DNA from: Planctomycetota bacterium | Lineage (GTDB): Bacteria > Planctomycetota > Planctomycetia > Pirellulales > Lacipirellulaceae | DNA: 43,123 nt | Assembly (NCBI GenBank): GCA_039190745.1 | Contig: JBCCXZ010000031.1 | Span: 1-43,123, forward strand | Reading direction: 5' to 3' | Made by a program: the position numbers and the translations under genes | Notes under the pieces: generated by a model | Database searches by the model: none | What the model was told of the DNA's origin: nothing | The model's input: only the letters and a program-made list of their open reading frames with translations | Shown here: piece by piece, positions 1 to 8,639 of the stretch | Position numbering within the stretch: the first letter of the stretch is position 1 | Layout of the letters: every line of letters starts with the position of its first letter

Positions 1-329
1 GTGTCTTTGTAGGACTGGATCGAAACGGTGTAGGCTCCTGGCAGCGGGCCTTTCGTCCGGTCGATCTCAAACTGCCCCTCGACAATCTTCCCCCCCGCGC
101 TGGGCCCCGTCGCGAGCGGCCGTAGTGAGATCCGCCCTTCCGGCAGCGGATCGCCATCGAGCGTGACTGTGCCCGTGACTTGTTGTCGCCCCGTAGGGTC
201 CCGGCAGCCGGCTAAGCCGACCAAGAGGCACCCGGCCAAGACCACGGCAACGCCACGCAGAAGTTCGCACCGCCGAGCGGTTCGCCGCTCGGCGTGGCTA
301 GCGTGTTCGGCTGATCGTTTGCTGCTCAT
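1..329 (-). CDS. Lipoprotein of the carboxypeptidase-regulatory-like type that accompanies DUF1559 genes (3' end beyond window edge)
   Basis: Not in the ORF track. Manual translation from ATG 329 gives MSSKRSAEH...VVLAGCLLVGLAGCRDPTGRQQVTGTVTLDGDPLPEGRISLRP...GGKIVEGQFEI...GPLPGAYTVSI, with a LAGC lipobox and the V-x-G-x-V-T-L-D-G motif. It lies directly downstream of the DUF1559 gene. Confidence 0.85.
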   Translation of the reverse strand, partial: MSSKRSAEHASHAERRTARRCELLRGVAVVLAGCLLVGLAGCRDPTGRQQVTGTVTLDGDPLPEGRISLRPLATGPSAGGKIVEGQFEIDRTKGPLPGAYTVSIQSYKD

Positions 330-438
330 GCGTGTTCGGCGCCACTAGGTCTCAAGGTCATCCGGCGGCAATGCCTCTCTGCGTGATTGCGGCAACACGG
401 CGATTGGTCTCGCGGATCGAGGCTAGGAACTTTCACTA

Positions 439-1524
439 CTAAGGGAGTGAGACGACGCTGCTGTCGGCGATCATGGCGATCAACCCCCAAGTACGGCTGT
501 CGACCTCATCCGGGATAAACTGCACGGAGCCATCAATGAGCGAGACGTTTACGCCTCCCGCGTGTCGGCTGCGCGAGCCCATCGAGTGACTCGATTCGGG
601 CGCCAAAAACCTGGTGCAGGGGAGTCCGTTTACCGGCTGATCTGCGCACGCGCCGAAGTCGGTCTCGCCGCTGTTGGGCGCTAGATAAGTCGAAACGAGG
701 TTGCTGCTGGCGGCCTCGTTCCAGATCCTGCCGCGACGATCCAGCAAGGGGCCCTCGGCGGAGGGCGCTTGCAAAATTTCTAGCATCAACAGCGTGTTGG
801 AGGTGCCGTCTTCGATCTGCCTGAGCTCGGCGCCGTAGCCCAGCCAAAACGGGGCTTTTCGTGAGTCCCCGAGTCCGGCCTGGTCTTCGGCTTCGCCGTA
901 GAGTTCCTCGTTCTCTTGATCGTGATAGAAGAACGACCCCCAATTCAAACCATAGTTGCCCTTATAATCTCGGATGCTCCGGCCCGTTGCGCCCTCCATT
1001 TGCAATGATTCATCACTGGGACACTGATACGCGCCTAGCGGCGTTTCCATCACTAGGGCAACCACGTCATTCGATTTCTCCCACCAGCCGAGCGTGTCAT
1101 CACCCTGAAAATAGACGTCGTGCTTGGCCTGCTGCTCGATGTAGGGCAGCAAGAACACAACGTTCGGCGTTCGAGGAGGTCGTCTGCCGGCCTTCACATC
1201 GGCTTGCGGCCAGAGTGCGCCGTTTTCCGGGTTGTACCCCTGGTTTCCTGGCGGCAGCGATCTCTTGTCCCCCTCGTAGTTGAGATGAGCCAAAGCCAAC
1301 TGCTTAAGATTGTTCTGGCACTGCATGCGGCGGGCCGCTTCGCGAGCCGATTGCACGGCGGGGAGCAGCAATGCGACGAGCGTGCCGATGATCGCGATGA
1401 CAACCAGCAACTCGACCAGCGTGAAGCCGGCCGACCCACGCCGGGAACGGAGCCTCGGCTTTTCACATCGGCCCGGTTGGGTCTCCATCGGCACTCTCAC
1501 GCAAAGCCGAGCTTGCGTCTCCAT
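439..1524 (-). CDS. DUF1559 family prepilin-type N-terminal cleavage/methylation protein
   Basis: [44 protein letters not shown]-terminus and C-terminal [16 protein letters not shown] (H-X9-DG) motif. Alternative ATG at 1488. Confidence 0.95.
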   Translation of the reverse strand: METQARLCVRVPMETQPGRCEKPRLRSRRGSAGFTLVELLVVIAIIGTLVALLLPAVQSAREAARRMQCQNNLKQLALAHLNYEGDKRSLPPGNQGYNPENGALWPQADVKAGRRPPRTPNVVFLLPYIEQQAKHDVYFQGDDTLGWWEKSNDVVALVMETPLGAYQCPSDESLQMEGATGRSIRDYKGNYGLNWGSFFYHDQENEELYGEAEDQAGLGDSRKAPFWLGYGAELRQIEDGTSNTLLMLEILQAPSAEGPLLDRRGRIWNEAASSNLVSTYLAPNSGETDFGACADQPVNGLPCTRFLAPESSHSMGSRSRHAGGVNVSLIDGSVQFIPDEVDSRTWGLIAMIADSSVVSLP

Positions 1525-1659
1525 TTGGGCGGGGTTAGCCGGGGTTAGGCGAGGGCTATCAAGCCCCGACCGGCAGGCCCCGCTTCTCCAGATGAGGCAT
1601 CCTGACGCGTCTGCTGGACTCGAACGGCCCGGTGAGCAGCCCTGCGTCTACCAACAATT

Positions 1660-1798
1660 ACTACCCCGGCCCAACCGATCTTACGATTGAAATCCCCCAG
1701 ACCGGAAAAAACCGCGGCCGGTGCGATGCTATGCCCTTAAGCGGGGCGGCGTCGGGAATTATGTAGTTTTCCAGTAAGATCGCCCGGCTCTCGGCTGT
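1660..1798. promoter_or_regulatory. Pair of divergent candidate ECF-sigma promoters
   Basis: GTAAGATCG-N10-GG(T/C)(A/T)GT occurs on the minus strand (1684-1660, facing DUF1559) and on the plus strand (1774-1798, facing the ECF gene) with identical spacing. Confidence 0.45.
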
Positions 1799-1881
1799 TC
1801 AATTACACCGGCGTGGCGCGAAACGCTAGTCGGTGCTTTCGATCGCTCGCAATGCGACCGGCGGGCCCCACGGTGACTTAT

Positions 1882-2484
1882 ATGACAGACAAAGACCACA
1901 CCGACCGTGAGAACCCCGGCTCGCCCGATTCTGGAGGGTTCGGAGGCACGCCGCAGCCGAACGCCGGCCTGGGGGGGCACGAGGCGTTTGTGTTGCAGAT
2001 TGTGGAGCATCAGCAGAGGCTCTATGCGTACATCTGCTCGCTTGTCTTGAACCGCGACCGGGCGCGCGACCTTCTGCAGCAGTTGAATGTCGTGCTCCTG
2101 GAGAAAGAGGCTGACTTCGAGGCGGGTACAAACTTCGGCGCCTGGTCGAGCAAAGTCGCTTTCTATGAGGTGCTCGCGTACCGTCGTCGTCAGGGGCGCG
2201 ACCGCCACCTGTTCAGCGAGGAGTTGCTGTCGATGATCGCCGACGAGGCCGAGGACGTTACCTCGGACTTGGAAGATCGCCTCGCCGCGCTTCGCGACTG
2301 CCTGGACAAACTCGACGAACCACAGAGGCAGCTGGTCGAGTCGCGTTACGGTCCGGGAGGTTCTGTGAAAGAGATCGCCAAGCTCTCGCAGAAGACCCCC
2401 GGCGCTATTTCTGCCGAGCTGTTCCGCATCCGCAACGCCCTGGCCGACTGCATCGGCCGCCGACTGGGAGGAGCGCTTACGTGA
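1882..2484 (+). CDS. ECF sigma-70 factor, planctomycete/verrucomicrobial type
   Basis: Region 2 (HQQRLYAYICSLV...ARDLLQQLNVVL...FGAWSSKVAFYEVLAYRR) and region 4 (ALRDCLDKL...SVKEIA...LFRIRNALADCI). ATG 1882 preferred over GTG 1813. Confidence 0.93.
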   Translation: MTDKDHTDRENPGSPDSGGFGGTPQPNAGLGGHEAFVLQIVEHQQRLYAYICSLVLNRDRARDLLQQLNVVLLEKEADFEAGTNFGAWSSKVAFYEVLAYRRRQGRDRHLFSEELLSMIADEAEDVTSDLEDRLAALRDCLDKLDEPQRQLVESRYGPGGSVKEIAKLSQKTPGAISAELFRIRNALADCIGRRLGGALT

Positions 2485-3905
2485 CCCAACCAGCGGACGA
2501 CCATCGGCCGGCACAATCGCGGGAGGTGCGGAAGCTCGTCTCGGCCGCAAACGACGTCGGCTTGAGCCCCGAGCAGCAGCAGCGGTTGGCGGACCTCCTG
2601 GCCGGCAGCCCGGAGCTGCGGAAGGAGTACGTGCGGCTCGTGGTGATGGACGCGCAACTTGAGACGCTCCACAGCCGACCGTTGCTTGACGACCCTGAGG
2701 GGTCTGAAGGCTCGCCCCCGATCCATGAGAAGAGCGGCGAGCACGTACCGGCGCCGCACGCCTCCGCTCGGCGTTCGCAGGCCGGCGCCGGCAGGGCGCT
2801 TGACCGCTCGAGCGTAGACCGTCGCCCCCATCCGGCTTTAGTCGGCTCCAAGTCGCGCACGCTGTGGATCAACACGCGGTGGGTCATTGCCGGCGCAACC
2901 GCCGCGTTGTTGGCAGTCGCTGCAACCCTCTCCTTCAGCGGGGGTCAAGCGACCGTAGTGGCCGTCGAGATGGGCGGCGAAGATCGTTGCGACTGGGAAG
3001 TGGGCGACCGCGTCGGCAACCGTTGGGTAGCGATCGAGTCCGGCGTCGTGCAGCTCTCGTTCGGGAACTCCACCATGGTGGCCTTGCACGGGCCGGCTCG
3101 GTTCCGCGCACTCGGAAACGACCGGGCAGAACTGGACCGCGGCGCCTTGACCGTACACGTCCCCGATTCGGCGGCCGGTTTTTCGATCGTAAGCGGCGGC
3201 CACATTGTCGAAGACTTGGGGACCGGATTCAGCATGCGGGCCGAACCCAACGGGCGGCTGCTCGTGCATGTGACCGAAGGCCGCGTGCGTGTTGCCGAGG
3301 ACGATAGTGGAGAGACCGTTATCGCAAAGGCGGGCGACCAGGTCGTGGCGGACCCGGCCTCCGAGGGGAACACCATCCAGAAGATCGAGGCCTCTCAGCA
3401 GAAACCAAAAACCCGCGGCCAGTTTGTGTTCGAACACGAACACCCCCGATCCCTGAGGTACGGGCAGTTTAACCACGATCACCGCGCTTTTGTCTTCCTG
3501 GAAAGCAAGCGGCGGACGCTACCGACAGACCTGACGGTCAACATCAGCACCCCCGGGCGGTACACGAAGTTCAGCGAGGAATCGGGGACCATCCCGGCCG
3601 GCACGACGGTCGACTGCTACCTGATCCATTGCGCACCACTCTCGGCGAGCCATGAAGTGCGGGGGTCGGTGACGTTCCCCGGCGAGGTCCTGGGGATCAT
3701 CGCAGGCCACGACCGCTTGAACGCAACGAACAACTTGCTCGGCGCCAATTGGACGCTCCGTTGCGATTACATCCACCGAGGTCTTGAGATGGTGCCGGTC
3801 GACTCGTCGGACGTGTTGATGCTCGGCGACGACCGACGCACGGTTTCCGCGACGCTGCGGAACATCGCAATCGACCAGCTGCGCGTGCTGGTGAGGGCGG
3901 ACTAG
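2481..3905 (+). CDS. FecR-domain anti-sigma factor
   Basis: GTGA overlap with the sigma gene; N-terminal helical domain, TM segment (WVIAGATAALLAVAATL), FecR core (ESGVVQLSF...LHGPARF...LDRGAL...VEDLGTGF...VHVTEGRV) and a C-terminal periplasmic domain. Confidence 0.88.
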   Translation: MTQPADDHRPAQSREVRKLVSAANDVGLSPEQQQRLADLLAGSPELRKEYVRLVVMDAQLETLHSRPLLDDPEGSEGSPPIHEKSGEHVPAPHASARRSQAGAGRALDRSSVDRRPHPALVGSKSRTLWINTRWVIAGATAALLAVAATLSFSGGQATVVAVEMGGEDRCDWEVGDRVGNRWVAIESGVVQLSFGNSTMVALHGPARFRALGNDRAELDRGALTVHVPDSAAGFSIVSGGHIVEDLGTGFSMRAEPNGRLLVHVTEGRVRVAEDDSGETVIAKAGDQVVADPASEGNTIQKIEASQQKPKTRGQFVFEHEHPRSLRYGQFNHDHRAFVFLESKRRTLPTDLTVNISTPGRYTKFSEESGTIPAGTTVDCYLIHCAPLSASHEVRGSVTFPGEVLGIIAGHDRLNATNNLLGANWTLRCDYIHRGLEMVPVDSSDVLMLGDDRRTVSATLRNIAIDQLRVLVRAD

Positions 3906-5600
3906 ATGCCGGCCCGCACACTCTCCCTAGCAACGCCCTGCCTCTCTCTAGCAACGCTCTGCCGGGCGGCCTGTGCGTTGATCGCGGCTCTGCTGACCAT
4001 CACGTCCGCAGCAGCGAAGGCAGAAGAAGCGGCCTGCCCTGGCCGGCCGAACTTCTTGATCATACTCGCAGACGATCTCGGGTTCTCCGACCTCGGCTGC
4101 TACGGGGGAGAGATCGAAACGCCGAACCTAGACCGACTCGCAGCAAACGGTTTGCGCTACAGCCAGTTCTACAACACAGCGCGGTGTTGGCCGACGCGGG
4201 CATCCTTGCTGACGGGCTTCTACGCACAGCAAGTAAACCGCGACGCTTTCGCGAACTCACCCCACGGGGGGCACGGCGAGCGTCAGTCCTGGGCCAAGCT
4301 CCTGCCTGAGTACTTGCGAGAACTCGGCTACCGCAGCTACCACTCGGGCAAATGGCACCTCGACGGGAACCCGAGGGAAGAGGGTTTCGATCGGTCGTAC
4401 AGTCTCGCCGACCACGACCGGTACTTCACGCCGAGGCATCATTTCCTAGACGATCGGCCGCTTGCTCGGGAGTCCCAAGATTCGGGCTACTACGCCACCA
4501 CCGCAATCGCAGACCGAGCGATCGAGTTCCTCGAGCAGCACGTGGCGGAACACTCCGGAAAGCCGTTCCTGCAGTACATCGCCTTCAATGCGCCGCACTT
4601 CCCCCTGCAAGCGCCGCAAACGGACATCGAGAAATACCAAGACAACTACTCGAAAGGGTGGGACGCCCTGCGGCGGGAGCGATGGGAGCGTCAGCAAAAG
4701 CTGAGAGCGGTTCACGGATCCCTATCTCCTCTTGAGCCGGAGGTCGGTCCGCCCTACGACTTCCAGGACGCTCTCGCTCACTTGGGACCTGCAGAGGTCA
4801 ATCGCGAACTCGCCTGGGATCGGCTCAGCACACCGCAGCAAACGTTCCAAGCGGCCAAGATGGCCATCCACGCCGCGATGGTTGATCGGATGGACCAAGA
4901 GATCGGGCGGGTGTTGCAAAAGCTCAAAGACAACGGCCTGTTTGAAAACACCGTGGTCTTCTTCCTGTCCGACAACGGGGCCACTGCGGAGATCATGATC
5001 CGCGGGGACGGACACAACCCAAGCGTCGACGCGGGCTCGGCGGGCAGCTACTTGTGCCTCGGCCCGGGTTGGTCGCGTGCGGCAAACACGCCGTTCCGAC
5101 GCCACAAGACGTGGGTCCACGAAGGCGGCATCTCAACGCCGATGATTGTACACTGGGGAAATAAGCTCGCCGAAAGCGGGGGCTGGCGTGAGACGGTGGG
5201 GCATGTTGCCGATATCGTTCCGACGGTGCTCGAGTTGGCCGGCAGCGACTGGACCCAGGTCTGCGCAGATCAAGAGGCCCCTGAGAGCCCCGGCCGCAGT
5301 CTTGTCGGCACCTTCAACTCCGCCCAACAGACGATCAAACGGCCTGCTATGTGGTGGCTGCACGAGGGCAACCGAGCCATACGCGTAGGCGACTGGAAAC
5401 TGGTTGCCGCGAAAGACGATCCTTGGGAATTGTATGACCTCTCTACAGACAGGTCTGAGACGCGGAGCATTGCCGCGCAGATGCCTGCGAAAGTCGAAGA
5501 ATTGGCCGCGCTCTGGAACACCCACGCCGACGAGTTCCAAGCCCAAGCCAATGGCCACAGGGCTGAACGGCAAGCGAGCCGCGCTGCGCAGCCGCAGTAG
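3906..5600 (+). CDS. Arylsulfatase (formylglycine-dependent S1 sulfatase)
   Basis: Signal peptide, PNFLIILADDLG, CWPTRASLLTG (CxPxR), GKWH, FFLSDNG, HEGGISTP. Confidence 0.95.
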   Translation: MPARTLSLATPCLSLATLCRAACALIAALLTITSAAAKAEEAACPGRPNFLIILADDLGFSDLGCYGGEIETPNLDRLAANGLRYSQFYNTARCWPTRASLLTGFYAQQVNRDAFANSPHGGHGERQSWAKLLPEYLRELGYRSYHSGKWHLDGNPREEGFDRSYSLADHDRYFTPRHHFLDDRPLARESQDSGYYATTAIADRAIEFLEQHVAEHSGKPFLQYIAFNAPHFPLQAPQTDIEKYQDNYSKGWDALRRERWERQQKLRAVHGSLSPLEPEVGPPYDFQDALAHLGPAEVNRELAWDRLSTPQQTFQAAKMAIHAAMVDRMDQEIGRVLQKLKDNGLFENTVVFFLSDNGATAEIMIRGDGHNPSVDAGSAGSYLCLGPGWSRAANTPFRRHKTWVHEGGISTPMIVHWGNKLAESGGWRETVGHVADIVPTVLELAGSDWTQVCADQEAPESPGRSLVGTFNSAQQTIKRPAMWWLHEGNRAIRVGDWKLVAAKDDPWELYDLSTDRSETRSIAAQMPAKVEELAALWNTHADEFQAQANGHRAERQASRAAQPQ

Positions 5601-7986
5601 GCTCCCGCGAGCAAACAAGTCTGCGCCCTCTCGGCTCGCCCGGCCCTTGGCCCTGCTGCCCCTTCTGGCGTGTTTCGATCCCTTAGGAAACACAGCCTCG
5701 GCGGAAGAAGCCTGGCGAGCCAATTGGATAGGCGTCGCAGGCGATTCCAGCGCTACCGAAGCTGCAAGCACGCCGCCGAACACTTGGGCCTGCTTCCGCA
5801 AGCAGTTCTCTCTAGAAGACGCACCCGAGCGGGCGGAGCTCCGCATCGCCTGCGATTCCAAGTACTGGTTGTGGGTGAACGGCGAGTTGGCGGTATTCGA
5901 AGGGCAACTCAAACGCGGGCCCAACCCCGAAGACACCTACTTCGACCGCGTCGATGTCTCCGGGCTGCTGAAGCCCGGCCCCAACACCTTGGCGGTGCTT
6001 GTCTGGCATTTCGGCAAGCACGGCATGTCGCACAAGAACAGCGGCCGCCTGGGGCTGATCGTCGACGGCAACATCGACGGGACCCGCTTGGTCACGGACG
6101 CTTCGTGGAAGGCCGTTGTTCATCCCGCGTACGAGAACACCGGGCCGCCGCACCCTAACTGGCGGTTGCCCGAGTCGAACATCCGCTACGATGCTCGCAG
6201 GGCACTCGGCGGCTGGACCTCCCCGGCGTTCGACGACAGCGAATGGCCGACAGTCGAGACGCTTGGCATGCCGTCTGCGGCCCCTTGGAACCGGCTTGTG
6301 GAGCGATCGATCCCGCAGTGGCGCCGGAGCGAGATCAAAGAGTACGAATCCATCACTGAACTGCCCGCTGAAGACGGCAAATCTGTCGTCCATTTAACGA
6401 GCTTGCCGTACAACGCTCAGATAACGCCTTACTTTGAGATCGATGCGCCTGAGGGTCGGGTGATCGACATCCGCACCGACAACTACCGCGGCGGCGGCGA
6501 AACAAACGTCCGCTCGGAGTACGTCACCCGCGCGGGCGTCCAGCGTTACGAGTCACTGGGATGGATGAACGGCCACACCGTTCAGTACACCCTGCCCGCG
6601 GGCGTAGAGGTGGTGCGGCTGGGCTACCGTGAAAGCGGCTACAACGCCGACCTGAGCGGCTCGTTCGAGTGCGACGACCCCTTCCTGAATCGCCTTTGGC
6701 AAAAGGCGCAGCGGACGCTGTACCTCGAGATGCGAGACGGATTCGTCGACTGCCCCGGTCGTGAGCGGGCCCAGTGGTGGGGGGACATTACGCTCGAGAT
6801 CGAGCAGTGCTTCTACGGCCTCGATCCTTCGTCACGGCTGCTGGGACGCAAGGCGATCCATGAACTATGCGGCTGGCAGCGCGCGGACGGCACTCTGTTC
6901 TCCCCCATTCCTGCCGGCAACTGGGACAAGGAGCTCCCGCTGCAGATGCTCGCAAGCGTTGGCTCGAAGGGGTTCGGAACTTACTACCTCCACAGCGGCG
7001 ATGAAGAGACGCTTCGTCAAGTCTACCCGGCCGTTCGCCGCTACGTCCTCGACGTGTGGCGTCTGCGTGAAGACGGGTTGGTCGAGCAACGAAAGGGCGG
7101 CTGGACGTGGGGCGATTGGGGCCAGCACAAAGACATGCCGCTGCTCTACAACTGTTGGTACTACCTCGCGCTCGACGGTCTCAAGGACATGGCAACCCTC
7201 ACTGAGAAACCGGAGGACGCGGCCGAGTGCGAGCAACGGATGCAGAGCATCCGAGACCGATTCAACGACACCTACTGGCACGGTGACTGCTACCGTTCGC
7301 CCAAAAACACGGGGGAGATCGACGACCGCGGAAACGCCATGGCTGTGATCTGCGGTTTCGCGAAGCCTACCCAATACCCTGCTCTGCGAAAACTCCTCGA
7401 TCGGCAGCGGCATGCGAGCCCCTACATGGAGAAGTACGTCCTCCAAGCGCTCTTCGAGATGGGTTATCAGAGCGACGCGATCCGACGCATGAAGAGCCGG
7501 TTCCGCAAGATGGTCGAGAGCGACCTTACCACGCTTTGGGAAGGTTGGGGCATCGGCGTCGATGGCTTCGGCGGGGGCAGCTACAACCACGCCTGGAGTG
7601 GCGGGCCGTTGGTCTTGCTCTCGCAGTATGTTGCGGGGGTACGCCCCACCTTGCCCGGGTACGACACCTACGAGGTGATGCCCGTCTTGGGCTCACTTTC
7701 GGAGGTTCACGCGACAGTCCCGAGCATCAGAGGGCCGATCGAAGTCCACGTGAGCGATCGGGCGGAGACTTTCGAACTCCGGCTCAGTTCACCCGATAAT
7801 ACCGTCGCGGTGGTCGGCATCCCGATCAACTCCCAAGAATCCGTAGTCAGAGTGAACGGCGCCACTCGTTGGCCCCAACCTGCCGGCCCTCCCACAGTCG
7901 ACGGAGTGCAGACGCTCGGCCTGAGCGACGGCGCCATCAAGTTCTCCGTCCCACCCGGGAAGTGGACATTTCAGCGGACTTTATAA
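5551..7986 (+). CDS. Alpha-L-rhamnosidase (GH78-like), secreted
   Basis: FRKQFSL...IACDSKYWLWVNG N-domain; DCPGRERAQWWGD, TTLWEGW and SYNHAWSG catalytic-domain motifs. Start uncertain; ATG 5551 overlaps the sulfatase by 50 nt. Confidence 0.88.
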   Translation: MATGLNGKRAALRSRSRLPRANKSAPSRLARPLALLPLLACFDPLGNTASAEEAWRANWIGVAGDSSATEAASTPPNTWACFRKQFSLEDAPERAELRIACDSKYWLWVNGELAVFEGQLKRGPNPEDTYFDRVDVSGLLKPGPNTLAVLVWHFGKHGMSHKNSGRLGLIVDGNIDGTRLVTDASWKAVVHPAYENTGPPHPNWRLPESNIRYDARRALGGWTSPAFDDSEWPTVETLGMPSAAPWNRLVERSIPQWRRSEIKEYESITELPAEDGKSVVHLTSLPYNAQITPYFEIDAPEGRVIDIRTDNYRGGGETNVRSEYVTRAGVQRYESLGWMNGHTVQYTLPAGVEVVRLGYRESGYNADLSGSFECDDPFLNRLWQKAQRTLYLEMRDGFVDCPGRERAQWWGDITLEIEQCFYGLDPSSRLLGRKAIHELCGWQRADGTLFSPIPAGNWDKELPLQMLASVGSKGFGTYYLHSGDEETLRQVYPAVRRYVLDVWRLREDGLVEQRKGGWTWGDWGQHKDMPLLYNCWYYLALDGLKDMATLTEKPEDAAECEQRMQSIRDRFNDTYWHGDCYRSPKNTGEIDDRGNAMAVICGFAKPTQYPALRKLLDRQRHASPYMEKYVLQALFEMGYQSDAIRRMKSRFRKMVESDLTTLWEGWGIGVDGFGGGSYNHAWSGGPLVLLSQYVAGVRPTLPGYDTYEVMPVLGSLSEVHATVPSIRGPIEVHVSDRAETFELRLSSPDNTVAVVGIPINSQESVVRVNGATRWPQPAGPPTVDGVQTLGLSDGAIKFSVPPGKWTFQRTL

Positions 7987-8058
7987 TGGGACGCGAGTGC
8001 GCCGGATTCTGCGCTGCTTGATCGACTACAGCCAGTTGTCCCCGAGTTCTACGTGGTT

Positions 8059-8081
8059 GTTCGAGTCCTTCCCGGGTCACT
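8059..8081 (+). other. Isolated tRNA 3'-end fragment (att-site-like)
   Basis: G-TTCGAGT-CCTTC-CCGGGTC-A-CT reads as T-loop, 3' T-stem, 3' acceptor strand and discriminator A. The 5' T-stem partner (GAAGG) and the rest of the tRNA are absent upstream. Confidence 0.55.
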
Positions 8082-8340
8082 GTTGCCTCTTGCAGCGAAT
8101 TGCAATCGGTCGTTAAGTCCTGAACTACAGAGCCTTGCTTTCTCGTTGTGGTCCTCAGCTCGAACCCTTGTGGACTGTTTCGAACGGCTGCCGCAGTATT
8201 GGTTGGCGGGGAGTCCGGCTACCAAACTACTGTTACGTTCGTCGATAACGTCCACTCGATATTCCCATGAGACGAATGCAAGGTGCTTGCTCATCCGGAT
8301 GAGAAAAACCCGCCTGCCCGAGAATTCACCGGACGATCGA

Positions 8341-8423
8341 TGCACTACAAATCTGGTCGATCGTGCACAACTTAAGTCAATGAATCGACCGCTGCACTAC
8401 TTGGCGCCGTAGAAATGCACTGT
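8341..8423 (+). repeat. Four phased direct repeats TGCAC(T/A)(A/G)(C/T)
   Basis: TGCACTAC 8341, TGCACAAC 8364, TGCACTAC 8393, TGCACTGT 8416 (spacing 23/29/23); the last overlaps the palindrome CACTGT-AAAA-ACAGTG at 8418-8433. Confidence 0.7.
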
Positions 8424-8463
8424 AAAAACAGTGTCGTAAGGCTACCCTGTCGGGTCGGCACGA

Positions 8464-8504
8464 GATTCGTAGTCCGATGCTCTATCCAGTTGAGCTAGGG
8501 GTGC
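8464..8504 (-). pseudogene. tRNA-Arg(ACG), 5' half only (truncated after the anticodon loop)
   Basis: GCACCCC-TA-GCTC-AACTGGATA-GAGC-A-TCGGA-CTACGAA-TC: canonical acceptor 5' strand, D-arm and ACG anticodon loop. The following sequence (TCGTGCCGACCCGACAGGGTAGC) breaks the anticodon stem and has no GTTC T-loop. Confidence 0.85.
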
Positions 8505-8559
8505 GTGCCGTAACGCTATGCGTCCCTTGCGGCGGGCTTCCGCCGTGGGGAAGTTCCAC

Positions 8560-8587
8560 AACATAGGTGTTCAACTCGGGGCTGCAA
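8560..8587 (-). promoter_or_regulatory. Candidate sigma-70 promoter of the tRNA-Arg locus
   Basis: TTGCAG-N16-TATGTT on the minus strand, about 55 nt upstream of the tRNA 5' end. Confidence 0.4.
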
Positions 8588-8639
8588 AGAAGAGCTGGGG
8601 GGCGTGTCCGCACTTAGCAGGAATGGCCGTCTTGCGAGC

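Noticed and set aside
1477..1524. Duplicated METQ start (ATGGAGACGCAA / ATGGAGACCCAA) in the DUF1559 gene
   Set aside because: A 12-nt near-repeat that only makes the start codon ambiguous.
5404..5600. Frameshifted sulfatase-rhamnosidase fusion
   Set aside because: Both ORFs are complete, and GH78 has its own signal-like N-terminus from ATG 5551; a simple overlap explains it.
8049..8412. Short ORFs 8053-8412 (+) and 8049-8345 (-) as integrase remnants
   Set aside because: No recognisable recombinase motifs; they overlap each other and the att-like repeats.
7990..8463. Group I intron interrupting tRNA-Arg(ACG)
   Set aside because: The break is in the 3' anticodon stem rather than at a loop U, I recognised no intron core, and no 3' exon is present in the window; the GCTCGAACCC at ~8158-8167 lacks matching T-stem and acceptor sequence.
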